From assembly GCF_963921235.1 (NCBI RefSeq), contig NC_086108.1, forward strand, positions 42,472,001-42,536,000: a DNA stretch of 64,000 nucleotides, given 5' to 3'. Below are positions 1-12,300 of the stretch, piece by piece. The stretch is from Mobula hypostoma. Its lineage: Eukaryota. Every line of letters starts with the position of its first letter. Positions within the stretch are counted from its first letter, which is position 1. The translations under genes were made by a program, and so were the position numbers. The notes beneath the pieces are model-generated. The model was not told the origin of the DNA, did not search any database, and worked only from the letters and a program-made list of their open reading frames with translations.

Positions 1-834
1 AATATCAAAACAAGCCTGATGCATTTTGGAAACAAGTCCTATGGACTGATGAAGTTAAAATAGAAATTTTTGGCCACACTGAGCAAAGGTATGTTTGGAG
101 AAAAACAGGTGCAAAATTTCATGAAAAGAAACCCTCTCCAACTGTTAAGCACGGGGCTGGATCGATCATGCTTTGGACTTGTGTTGCAGCCAGTGGCACG
201 GGGAACATTTACTGGTAGAGGGAAGAATTAATTCAATTAAATACCAGCAAATTCTGGAAGCAAACATCACACCATCTGTAAAAAAAAAAGCCGAAGATGG
301 AAAGAGGATGACTTCTACAACAGGATAATGATCCTAAACACACCTCAACATCCACAATGGACTACCTCAAGAGGCGCAAGCTCAAGGTTTTGCCATGGCC
401 CTCACAGTCCCCTGACCTAAACATCATCGAGAATCTGTGGATAGACCTCAAAAGAGCAGTGCCTGCAAGACGGCCCAAGAATCTCACAGAACTAGAAGCC
501 TTTTGTAAGGAAGACTGGGCAAAAATCCCCCAAACAAGAATTGAGAGACTTAACTGGCTACAGAAAGCGTTTACAAGCTGTGATACTTGCGAAAGCAGGT
601 GTTACTAAGTACTGCCATGCAGAGTGCCTAAACTTTTGCTTTGGGCCCTTTTCCTTTTTTATTATTTTGAAACTGTAAAAGACGGAAATAAAAAAGTTTT
701 CTTGCTTAAAATATTAAAGAAATGTGTCATCTTTAACTTTATGCCTTTTGGAAATCAGGTCATCTTTTACTTGCTTAGCTATTCACAGTAACAGAAATTT
801 TGACCAGGGGTGCCCAAACTTTTGCATGCCACTG
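1..834 (+). mobile_element. Tc1/mariner DNA transposon, 3' part (decayed DD34E transposase plus right IR/DR end)
   Basis: WTDE, QDND and WPSQSPDLNIIENLW motifs with frameshifts; repeated gtgcc(t/c)aaacttttgc at ~623 and ~810; terminus ...ccactg followed by TA at 835-836. Confidence 0.92.
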
Positions 835-919
835 TAGGTCAATTAAGATTTAGCATCTTTAGTGCTATTATGTGAATAGATTAGTAATTAATCTGGGGGG
901 GGGAGGGGGTGGGTGCTGC

Positions 920-1303
920 GGATCTCTTGGAAACCTACCGAATGTTGAAAGGACTAGATAGGGCGGATGTGGAGAGTATGCTTCCTATGGTGCGGGTATC
1001 CAGAACTAGAGGCCACAGTCTCAAAACTGAGGGGAAACATTTTAGAACAGAGCTAAGGAGGAATTTTTATTTAAGCTAGTGAGTAGTGAATCTGTGGACT
1101 GCTCTCCCTGAGACTGCAATGGAGGCAAAGTCCATGGGTATATTTAAAGCAGAAGTTGATAGTTTCCTGATCAGTCAGGGCATCGAAGGATATGGCGAGA
1201 AGCATATGGGTTGAGTGAGAGCTGGGATCAGCCATAATGGAATAGCGGAGCAGACTCAATGGGCTGAATGACCTAATTCTACTCCTGTGTCTTATGGTCT
1301 TAT
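920..1303 (+). mobile_element. CR1 LINE 3' fragment
   Basis: ETYRMLKGLDR / VVNLW remnants and a tcttatggtctta tail. Confidence 0.85.
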
Positions 1304-1375
1304 TAAACCTAATTATCTGTTCACTTTTCATAAATTTTCAGGCTTTGTGTAGAATAATGCTTGTCTTTTCTACAG

Positions 1376-1417
1376 GATTTCAACAATCTAGAATCTGGAG
1401 AGAATCAAAGAACATGA
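1376..1417 (+). CDS. Candidate terminal coding exon of a convergent + strand gene (DFNNLESGENQRT* if phase 0); possibly CLCC1 by synteny
   Basis: Strong acceptor ttgtcttttctacag|G in non-repeat sequence, a short frame to TGA, AT-rich UTR-like sequence after it and AATAAA at 2219-2224. The identity rests only on the mammalian GPSM2/CLCC1 tail-to-tail arrangement. Confidence 0.3.
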   Translation, partial: DFNNLESGENQRT

Positions 1418-1639
1418 AGACATGTTGAAATCATGTTAAAGCAGATAACATAATTTGTGACAATTGATTGCTGGAAATTTAAGATAACTGAAAGATGAAA
1501 TAATTGAAGATAAAGCATGTCTTAATACAACAGCAATAACAAGAATTTACACTGTATATATACATCTCTGAAATTTTGGGAGTGAAAAAATACTAAGTTT
1601 TCTAGTAGTGCTTGCGTATCACTGCACAAATTACATTCA

Positions 1640-1920
1640 GAAACATGAGAAATTCTGCAGATGCTGGAAATCCAAAGCAACAAACACAAAATGCTGGAGG
1701 AACTCAGCAGGTCAGGCAGCATCTCAATAAACAGCCAACGTTTCAGGCCGAGGTCCTCCTTCTGGACTGGAAAGGAAGGGGGAAGACACCATAACAAAAA
1801 GGTGGGGTAAGGGAAGCAGGATAGCTTGAAGTTGATAGGTGGGTAGGAAAGGTAAAGGACTGGAGAGGAAGGAATCTGATAAGAGGAGTGACAGGGGGAG
1901 GTGCTAGGCAGGTGAGAAAA
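1640..1920 (-). mobile_element. PLE pLTR fragment
   Basis: ttctgcagatgctggaaatcc...acacaaaatgctggaggaactcagcaggtcaggcagcatct signature. Confidence 0.85.
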
Positions 1921-2063
1921 GGATATTTTCCAATAGTGATCAACATTAAAACAAAATCTGTTGTGGCGTCATTACTCATCCACAGGTGTAACATAGATCT
2001 GTATTCTACAGTTATCCAGCATCTCCGTGATCATTGAAAGATAGTTCTTACTTGTCAAAGGTA

Positions 2064-2069
2064 TTTATT
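2064..2069 (-). terminator. Candidate GPSM2 polyadenylation signal (AATAAA on minus strand)
   Basis: tttatt on + strand about 1.16 kb downstream of the stop codon; no transcript support. Confidence 0.35.
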
Positions 2070-2870
2070 TTCGAAACTCAGCATCTTAGAGTTCTTTAAA
2101 TGTTCTACTGTACAATAGGACACTCATTGTAATCAATAACTTGCGTATTCCCACTGCTGTATTTTAGAAAAGCTAAGAGTCAAATGTTTTGCAATTGCAT
2201 TACAGAACAAGTATTTTGAATAAAGGCAAAATAAGGGAATGCTTTAACATTTGCAAAGTAGATCTTTAGCAGTTTCTCAAACCAACTGTACATACGTTAA
2301 CTTCAAAATTTACAAATGCTTAAGCTCTTGCATTAATACATGGATATTTATGAAGGTTTTCCACAATTGTATTTGATCATTCCCTTCACAATTATAAAAT
2401 GTATACACATTCATCACTAAACTGGAAGCAAGAATACAAAAAAAAAGATCTGCAGGAGCAGGATTTTGAGTTTTAATTTAAACTTAATTTCTAAAAACGG
2501 TACACTGATTCCAAAGAATGTATACATTATTGAAATTATTTATGCATAATTCAACCATAAGTTTATCATACGTGTTTCTTCCTGTCGCAATTGAAAAAAA
2601 AACCTAAAATTCTGTAGTTTCATGAAAGGATCTTGAAACGGAGAATCAGCCCAAGATTGGCAGCACCAGTCATCAAGTAAGCCTGCAATTTATGTACATT
2701 TGAGAATTGTTCCATTTATAAATACAATTTCCTGTAGGCATTGCCAAAACAAGTCAAACAATAAGTAGTGTAATTTTTCTGTAATTAAAATGTTACTATT
2801 TTTTGCTATTAATTCCAATGTTTGTTGATCTCATAACATGTAAACCTAAAAATCATAATAATTCTTTTCA

Positions 2871-3000
2871 AACGAGAAAATTTGCAGATGCTGGAAATCC
2901 AAGCAATACACAAAGCACTGGAGGAACTCAGCAGGTCAGGCAGCATCTACGTAAAGCTGCTGCCTGGCCTTCTGAGTTCCTCCAGCATTTTGTGTGTGTT
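2871..3000. mobile_element. PLE-derived hairpin in the presumed GPSM2 3' UTR
   Basis: ctggaggaactcagcaggtcaggcagc ... gctgcctggccttctgagttcctccag inverted arms preceded by the tgcagatgctggaaatcc extension. Confidence 0.85.
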
Positions 3001-3224
3001 GATAATATTTTCATTTTACTCTTAAGCAATTTGCATTAAAATTATATTCCTGTAAAATTTTAACAGGTCAATAAAAAAAGCAAACAATTACTCAATTGAG
3101 TACATTTTAGACAAAATTGCCGGTTGCTGGAAATCCAAAGTGCAGTGTAAATTTTACCAATTTCTCATGAATATTTACTATTTTCATTATCAGTCAGCAT
3201 CCATTCATTTCAGTGGGATCGATT

Positions 3225-3383
3225 TTACTTTGTTCCCTCACTGGAACAAAGTGTAACACGTTGTTCATTCATCCGTTTGGCCTGAGATCGTACGATCAGG
3301 CTAAAAAAGTCTTCATCGGGAACAGTTACACACTTCTGTGTAAATTGTGGAGGCGTACATCTCTGGTCATCCAGCCTACAGCC
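3225..3383 (-). CDS. GPSM2: GPSM2 last coding exon, end of GoLoco 3 and GoLoco 4 (GCRLDDQRCTPPQFTQKCVTVPDEDFFSLIVRSQAKRMNEQRVTLCSSEGTK*)
   Basis: atttcag| acceptor; stop TAA at 3227-3225. Confidence 0.96.
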   Translation of the reverse strand, partial: GCRLDDQRCTPPQFTQKCVTVPDEDFFSLIVRSQAKRMNEQRVTLCSSEGTK

Positions 3384-6300
3384 CTGAAATGTATAAATTC
3401 AATAATTGCTTTAATAACATCAATTATTTTTGTAAAAGCTATTTAAAATGGATGCCTAAAACACTAAATGTTTCACTATCAAACTGTGTGTTTAATATTA
3501 CACCTCAGTTCACAAAGCTGCATATTTGTCTCAAGAGGCAGTTAAAATCTACGTACAAGGGAATATCTTTTCCAAAGTTTATATTTTATGTACACTAAAT
3601 GTTCTATTGCCTGGAAGAATTGTCTGATAGAGCTGGAGAATGTGGAATCTGCATCACTGCCAACATTTAAGTAGTATCTAAATTAGCCTGAATCACCTAG
3701 GTATAGAAAATATGGCCCAAAGACTGGAAGATGGGATTAATATGGATGGGTGCCCACAACTGAAAGCAAATTGTATCCCTCTAAAATTCAAAATACACAC
3801 AAGTATACTTTACAAATACCACACTGTCACTTAATTTTTCATTGGAAAATAAAATTACTAAAATCTGGTCCTTGTAATAGGCAGAATCATACCTAATGGC
3901 ATTTATAGGATCTGGATATCACTGGAAATGTCAGCATTTATTGTGCATCTATAACTGCCCCCCCCCCCAAAGTGAGTAGACATTTACAGATTTAGAGGCA
4001 TATAGGTGTGTGTAATCAATTTGGTTATGAGCAATGGTTACCTTCAAAGGACTTCAGTGAACCAGGTTAAATTTAACCACAATGCAGTAAATTGTTATTG
4101 TTACTGATATTAGCTTTAATGTCCATTTAATTTAATAACTTGAATTTATATTCTTTGAGGTATCCTAGGCCAATTAACCGTTTGAACAGTGACAAAACGT
4201 AACTAAAATGATTGGTCAATGCAGTAACAGCCAAGTCTTATCAGTGAAGAATCAGAATTCAGAGAGAGGCTGTAAGGCCAACTTATTTATTAGTGAGAGA
4301 ATACATGGGCCACTGATGACTTTTTTTCTTCTTCTATATTATGTATTGCATTGAACTGCTATTGCCAAGTTAACAAATTTCACAGCACATGCCGGTGTAA
4401 TAAACCTGATTTTGATTCTGATAAGGATTAGATATGTAATGCAGTAGGGTAGGAGTAATCTTTAAATAGAACTTCACAGATGATGACAAACTAATGTAAT
4501 TATGGGACTTAACCAAATGGAACTAAAGGCTCAGATGTAAAATTACAAATGGGAGTTATTAAAGAAAGTGCAGGCCCTTCAGCCCATCATGGTCTGCCAA
4601 CCTATATAAACCCTCTCCGTGATCAATCTAACCTCTCCCTCCCACTTAGCCCATAATGCTCCAGTTTTCTTTCATCCATATGCCTAAGAATCTCTCAAAT
4701 GTCCCTAATGTATCAGACTCTACCGCCACTCTTGGCAGTGTATCTACTATTCTGAGTAGAAAGCCTACTTCAGATATATCCCCTAAACTTCCTTCCACTC
4801 ACTCTAAAAGGATGTGTTTTGGTATTAGCCATTACCACCCTGGGAAAAAAGCAGTGGTTGTCTACTTGATTTGTGCCTCTTATCATCGGATACCCCTCTA
4901 TCAAGTCGCCTCTCATCCTCCTTCCCTCCAAAGAGAAAAGCCTTAGCTCACTCAACCTTTCCACAGCAGATAAGTTCTCTGATCCAGGCAGCATCCAGAT
5001 AAATCTCTGCTACAATCTCTCTAAAAACATCCACGTCCTTATAATGATGCAACCAGAAATGAACACAATACTCTGGTCTAACCAGTTTTATAGAACTGCA
5101 ACATTACCTCACAGCTCTTAACCTCAATCCCATATGACACAGGAGCAGAATCAGGCCATTTGGCCCATCGATTCTACACCACAATTCCATCATGGCTAAT
5201 TTATTATCCATCTCAACACCATTTTCTTGTGTACTCCCAATAACCTAATTAATAATGACTAATTAAATACCTATCAACCTCCTTTTCAAATACACCCAGT
5301 GTCTTGGCCTCCACAGTTGTCTGTGGCAATGAATTTACAGATTCACTACCCTCTGGCTAAAGAAATTTCTCCTAATTTCTGTTCTAAATGGTAATTCCTC
5401 AATTCTGAGGCTGTGTCTCTGGTGCTACATTCCCCCACTATAGGAAGCATCCCCTCCATATCCACTCTATCTAGGCCTTTCAATATTCTATAGGTTTCAA
5501 TGAGATTCCTTATCATTCTTCTAAGTTCTAGCAAGTACAGGCCAGGAACCATCAAATGCTCCCCTTATGATAACCCTTTCATTCCCAGAATCATTCTTGT
5601 GAACCTCCTCTGGACCCTCTCCAATGCCAGCACATCTTGGATAAGGAGTCCAAAACTGCTCACAATATTCCAAGTGCAATGTGGCCAACACCTTATGGAA
5701 AGTATCAACTTTACATAAACACAAGGAAGTCTGCAAACGCTGGAAACACACACAAAATGCTGGCAGAACTCAGCAGTCAGGCAGCATCTATGGAAATGAA
5801 TAAATAGTCTTCCCCCTTCCATCTCAGTCCTGAAGGAGGGTCTCAGCCCAAAACATTGACTTTTTCTTTTAAACCACCCTATCAACTTGCACAGCAACTT
5901 TGAGAGATCTATGGATATCAAAACCCCTCTATTCCTCCACACTACTAAGATAGATAGATATACTTTATTGATCTCGAGGGAAATTGGGTTTCGTTACAGC
6001 TGCACCAACCAAGAATACAGCATAAATATAGCAATACAAAACCCACAAACAATCAAACAACAAATGTAAACTATGCCAGATGGAAAGTAAGTCCAGGACC
6101 AGTCTATTGGCTCAGGGTGTCTGACCCTCCACGGGAGGAGCTGCAAATTTGATGGCCACAGGCAGGAACGACCTTCCGTGCTGCCCAGTGTTGTATCTCG
6201 GTGGGATATGACCGAAGTCCAACAGTAAAAAGTTCAATATCTGGTCTACAAACATGTTCCTCAATCGTAATCCTGCCATTAATCATGTACTCTTAATTTC

Positions 6301-9300
6301 AAGTTCGATCTTTCAAACACTTTCCAAATTGAATTCCATCTGCCACTTCTCAGCCCAACTCTGTATCCTGTCAATATCCTGTTATAATGAGACTCTTGAG
6401 GAAAGCTAGAGTTCTTTATGAAACCAGAGTAATCTCAGACTCTTCTTCGCCTTTGTGTTCTATCCTGTGTGATACCACCATATGGCATGTGGGGCCCTTT
6501 GCATTTGCTCCTTCTGCGCACAGACAGGGCAATGGACAATTTTAGCCTGTGTTTTTCTGCTACCACTTGAAGTTACCATTTAAAGAATAATGATGTACCT
6601 TGTTTTTTCCAAAGCAAATGCCAAGCTGACACCAACACAGTCAAGTATGGAAATTTTCAGAACCATATACTAAGATAGGTGGAGTTGTGGATAATGAAGT
6701 AGGTTTTCAAAGCTTGCAGAGAGATTTAGGCCAGTTAGAAGAGTGGGCTGAAAGATGGCAGATGGAGTTTAATGCTGATAAATGTGAGGTGCTACATTTT
6801 GGTAGGACTAATCAAAATAGGACATACATAGTAAATGGTAGGGCACTGAAGAATGCAGTAGAACAGAGGGATCTAGGAATAATGATGCATAGTTCCCTGA
6901 AGGTGGAATCTCATGTGGATAGGGTAGTGAAGAAAGCTTTTGGTATGCTGGCCTTTATAAATCAGAGCATTGAGTATAGGAGTTGGGATGTAATGTTGAA
7001 ATTGTACAAGACATTGGTAGGCCAAATTTGGAGTATTGTGTACAGTTCTGGTCACCAAATTATAGGAAAGATGTCAACAAAATAGAGAGAGTACGGAGAA
7101 GATTTACTAGAATGTCACCTGGGTTTCATCACCCAAGTTACAGAGAAAGGTTGAACAAATTGGGTCTTTATTCTTTGGAGCATAGAAGGTTGAGGGGGGA
7201 CTTGATAGAGGTATTTAAAATTATGAGGGGGATTGATAGAGTTGACGTGGATCGGCTTTTTCAATTGAGAGTAGGGGAGATTGAAACAAGAGGATATGAG
7301 TTGAGAGTTAAAGGGCAAAAGTTTAGGGGTAACATGAGGGGGAACTTCTTTACTCAGAGAGTGGTAGCTGTGTGGAATGAGCTTCCAGCAGAAGTGGTAG
7401 AGGCATGTTCGATGTTGTCATTTAAAGTTAAATTGGATAGGTATATGGACAGGAAAGGAATGGAGGGTTATGGGCTGAGTGCAGGTTGGTGGGACTAGGT
7501 GAGAGTAAACGTTCGGCACGGACTAGAAGGGCCGAGATGGCCTGCTTCCGTGCTGTAATTGTTATATGGTTATAATTTAAAGAAAAGTTACTTCAGGTAT
7601 AGGGTAGGTATAATCCTACAAAGGGAAAAGATACAGAACCAAAGTCAGTGCTCCCTAGCTGATCATTTTCTACCATTTAAACAAAACTTTTCACAACTCT
7701 GTCACGGCCCTTAGCAGCAAGGATCAGAAACTGGTTTAACTAAGGAGCAAAGGTGTTGGAGAGTAGGCTGAATATCACAGTCTGAGGCAGGGGGGAGATG
7801 CATTAAGAGCAAATTGGACTAGGATGTCAATTAACATAAAAGGGAACCCAAAAAAGTCCCTACAGACAGAATAAGAGAACTGGGAAGATTGGCAGTGTAC
7901 TGACGCCACAAAAAAATAATAACAATCAGGTGTGGTAGAAAAGATGGAAATACAGGAAAAGGTTAATGGAAGGGAGCTGCAATGGAACTGGGGTAGAGAT
8001 CACAAAAGTATATGCCTTCTCTGGACAGTGTGAAGTTTCCAGAAGAATATCCAGAAAAGTACTGTAACATCCAACAACTATAAAGATCAGTCTGTTTAAG
8101 CTCAATGCGAGGGAAATAACAAGAAAAAAATAAAATATATACGTATTTGCAGGTTTTACATTAAGCTAACAAACAGCATTTGACCAACCCAATTTGAATA
8201 TTGTAAATTAACTGACAAAATTACCAAGAAGAATGTAACAGGTATTATCTATGCTTTAGAAAAGCTAGAGCTTCATAAATGGCTGATGAGCAAGTTAGGG
8301 CCCATGGCATCAAAAATAATTTGTTTAAGAACAATGTTGTGGCAAATTTTTGATTAAACTAGAGAATGGTAAAAAGTGGTAAAAGGGGTCACACATTCCC
8401 AAATCACAGGTTATCAATTTGCTGACAAGACCTATATTTGTGCAGAAAGAAATGAGAATAGTAAAGGATTGCAAAATAGCAGCATGGCATATGAAAAATT
8501 AAATTTAATAAAGTCTAAAGTGGTTACACAGATTTTATAGTTCTAAAGGGGTTGTCCGTAAGCTTAGAAAGGTAAGTGAACATGTTGGAACTTAGGTCTC
8601 ATAAATGAAAGCATAGAATACAAAAGCAGGCAGATTATTTCATGAAGGTTCAACATGCTAGTTAAGCCATTTAGATGTACTGAATACAGTACTAGTCCCC
8701 ACAGTTTAGGAAGGATTTTAATATCCTGGAAAAGATGCAAATGTTCTTATCTATGAATGATTTGTGGACTAGGAAATGCATTTAAAGTGATGGACAAAAT
8801 ATAGAGAAACAATGTGAGGAATAAGTTGTTTTAATTAAAATGCAAAGTGAATATGAATCAAACATTATTGCCTGTAAAGAGCAGTGAGGTAATGGTCAAC
8901 TATACTCATGAAAGGGAACTGGATAAGCATTAATACATTAAAAGACAACAATCTGCAGCAAATAAGGAATTAAGGTGGTCTGAATTGCTCAACAAAGCTG
9001 CATAGACCATTTTGGCACATAAGGGAGCCTTTATGATTCTGCCCTGTATTTCCATTTACATTTATTGCCCATCCCTATATTTGCTTTTGGGAGGTGGGAT
9101 TTAATCCCAAATGGCACAAGTTGATGCATTGTGCAAAATCAGATAGGGACAGGACACTAAGGAATGTTGTCAAACTGAGGAACCTTGGGGTCTAAACCAT
9201 AGTTCCCCAGAAGACAGGGTGGTGAAGGCAGCAAATGGCATGCTTGCCTTCATAGATCAGGACAGAGTTGGCTGTTATGTTACAACTTTTTCTGACTGAG

Positions 9301-12300
9301 ATTTTATACGCTTGTAAGAAGTGATTGGTAGATAGTCAAAACCTTTTTCCATGCTAGAGGTATCAGAAACAAGACAGCATAATTTTACTATGCATAATCT
9401 CTTACTAGCTCTTCTTTCAGTTAGTCCTGATGAAGGGTCTCGGCCCGAAATGTCGACTGTACCTCTTCCTATAGATGCTGCCTGGCCTGCTGCGTTCACC
9501 AGCAACTTTTATGTGTGGAGTATAATTTTAAGGTGAAAAACAGGAGATTTAAAGGAAATCTGCGGGGCAAGTTGCTTTTTACTGACACAAGCTGAAATCT
9601 GGAGCACAGTACCAAAGGTGGGGTGGTGGAATCAGAAACAATTACTATGTTTCAGAAGCATTTAGATATTTAGGTATACAAGGCTTAGGGAGGATACAGT
9701 CCCAATGCAGACATATAACATTAGTGTAGATGAGATGGAAAGGTTGCAGAGAGATGATGGGCTGAAGGCTATACAATTCTATGACTCTGTAACACTTGTC
9801 AGAAGTATTCTGACACGGTCATACAATTTTTATTTGTCACTTTTAATTACAAATGTTGTAATTAAAATTACAACCCTGTTAGAACTATTCCACTCTAAAA
9901 CCCCCCTGCTCTTTGATTTAATCATTTGGATTTAATCTTGGTGTATTCTCATTCTACATCCATTAAACTTGACCAGAAATTGTCAGAGAAATCTATATTC
10001 AGAAATGACATGAACTCTTGCTGATTAAAAGTGAAACACTTGGTAAAACTAAAGACTTACTTGACATTTTAGTAGCATGTCAAAGAAAGGATCATCTGGT
10101 TCCATGCTGTCACCACTGATCAGCTGACTGTGAATAGTGTGGTTATTATACCTGCTCAGTCGCAAGCCAGGAAGATTGCCAGTGCTAGCACGTTGATTAT
10201 CTAATCGACGGCTCTGGGAACTAGCAAGCAGGTCCAAAAACTCGGTCTGTGGTGAGACCACTGATTTGGAGTGAGCTGAAATTAGAGAAAATAGCTCAGC
10301 ATAAAAATTACTGAATGTATCTCAATAAACAACTTTCTGCTGGGTTTCGAAGTTAGTATTTAAAGGTTACTGTGTCTGAATCAAGCAAGAACAGTTCTGC
10401 TAGTGAACAAATGTGATATGTAGTAAATCTATGCAGTTTTAATAAACAATTTCAATGTAGAAATGCTTTAAATTCAAGGAAATTACTGGAAAACTCCAAT
10501 AATTTGCTTTTCCAGTGTTAGTTAATCCATATGTTCAGCACTCAGCTCACCAAAGGCTATTTTCTCTGCTCCCTTTAAACTTACTGAGACAATTTCACCA
10601 TTCTGCTTTCACATGTTCCCTTTAAATATGGCAGGTTCACTGGAAAATTTATTTCATTACTGTGTGGCATCTTGTTGACCAGAAAGAACTACAGTCTGCA
10701 ATCAGTGAATTCAAATGAATCAAAGACAATGGAAGAAGATGGACCAATTACCTTTGTTCTTGCCATAAGGGAGGAGAGAGGATGCCATTTTATGAAAAGT
10801 TATCTATTTTGAGCAAAAGTCGCTTGACTTGATCAGTGGTTTTAAAGTCGACAAAATGATGCCTCAGGTAACCTGCTGAACTAGATATCATTTCCAAATA
10901 AGTTATTTGTGAGGTGTTCTTTGGTTGGATATAACATCCAAGTTTGTGAATGCTGGTCTATGTGATTCAAGCTGGTGGCTGATTGAGAACAAAGAGCCAT
11001 AAATTATGGATTGTCTCTTGCTGGGAAGAGGGCAATAAATGGATGCTGGCCTGCAGCGGAGCCAATAAAAAGGTGTTAAAGATCAGACATGTGACCCACA
11101 GCCAAAGACACTGGAATGCAATGTTTGAATTGGTAAGAAATGAATATGAATCAGATGCTTCAAGTGTGCTGGCAGCAGTAACTCTATAGGAGAACAACTT
11201 TTGTGAATGTGAGGTGTCCCATGGACACAAGAAGATATAAAACTGAACTACAGGGAATGGAATTATCTTTTGTTTTTTGACTGTTCATGGAAGATCACAA
11301 AAACTTAGTAGGTGTGCATACAGGTATTGGTAGTGTAAGTTCATGTGTTCTTCCATGGGATAATAAAAGTATTTATCAGTAATTACAGATTCTCTCTCTG
11401 TATCTCCATGATCATTATTAGAGGGAATGATTCTTGTAACAGTTTAAAGTGAATTTAGTGTGTTGGAGTATTAATAACAGTTACATCACTCAATGACTAG
11501 TTTGGAAAATCTGTCAGTCCAACCCCAAGGTTTTGAGGCTGCTAGATAATTGGTATTTTGCTGTAAATGAAATACTTACCACTTAAATATTGACCTCTGC
11601 ATCTTCAAAGTGATCTTCCTTTTTAAAGGTTTTATTCAACAAGATTGAGTCAAAATCTATCAGTCTCAATCGAGTTAAAACTACTTGTCAGAATTCCCTA
11701 TTATCTGAAAACGTACCTCCTTATTTTAAAAAGCACCTCACACTAAACTTCTGTTAATTAGATTGTTGTGTTTCCATTCCTCTAGTAGGGAACAGAACGT
11801 TCATTCTAATGCACCTGCTGCGGATCAACTGGATGCAAGTTGACAACACAAGAAATATTAGAGTGTGCAGGTGTGTTGTTGAGGTTGAGCACCTGAAAAG
11901 TAAACAAGTACCATGCAGAGAGGATTTTGCTGCATGTGCATTTCTCAACATGTCACTCGCACAAGGATGACAGCAGTAGATGCACCATCACTTTACGTTG
12001 CAATGTGTGCAGTTACTGAAATTTGGAACAAAATCCCAACTAATGAAACCTAATACATGATTCTTCTACTGAATTAATATCCGCCACTGGCTGTTCATGA
12101 GACAGCATATCCACATGTTCCTCAACTATGCAGGACATTGCTCCAATTTCATTAATGAGTAATGACTGCCTTAAGAAATCTTGATATTACATTATTTTAA
12201 TTATTCAACATTATTTTCTTCATTTCAGGTATCCCTCTTCATTTATTCTGAAGGAAATGTAGTTGTCATTCAATCTGCCAAAGAAGGAAAAACTTCATAC

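Noticed and set aside
5703..5888. tatcaactt as a TSD of the PLE fragment at 5716-5868
   Set aside because: The matches do not abut the element ends, and the right-hand one appears to be ordinary CR1 sequence.
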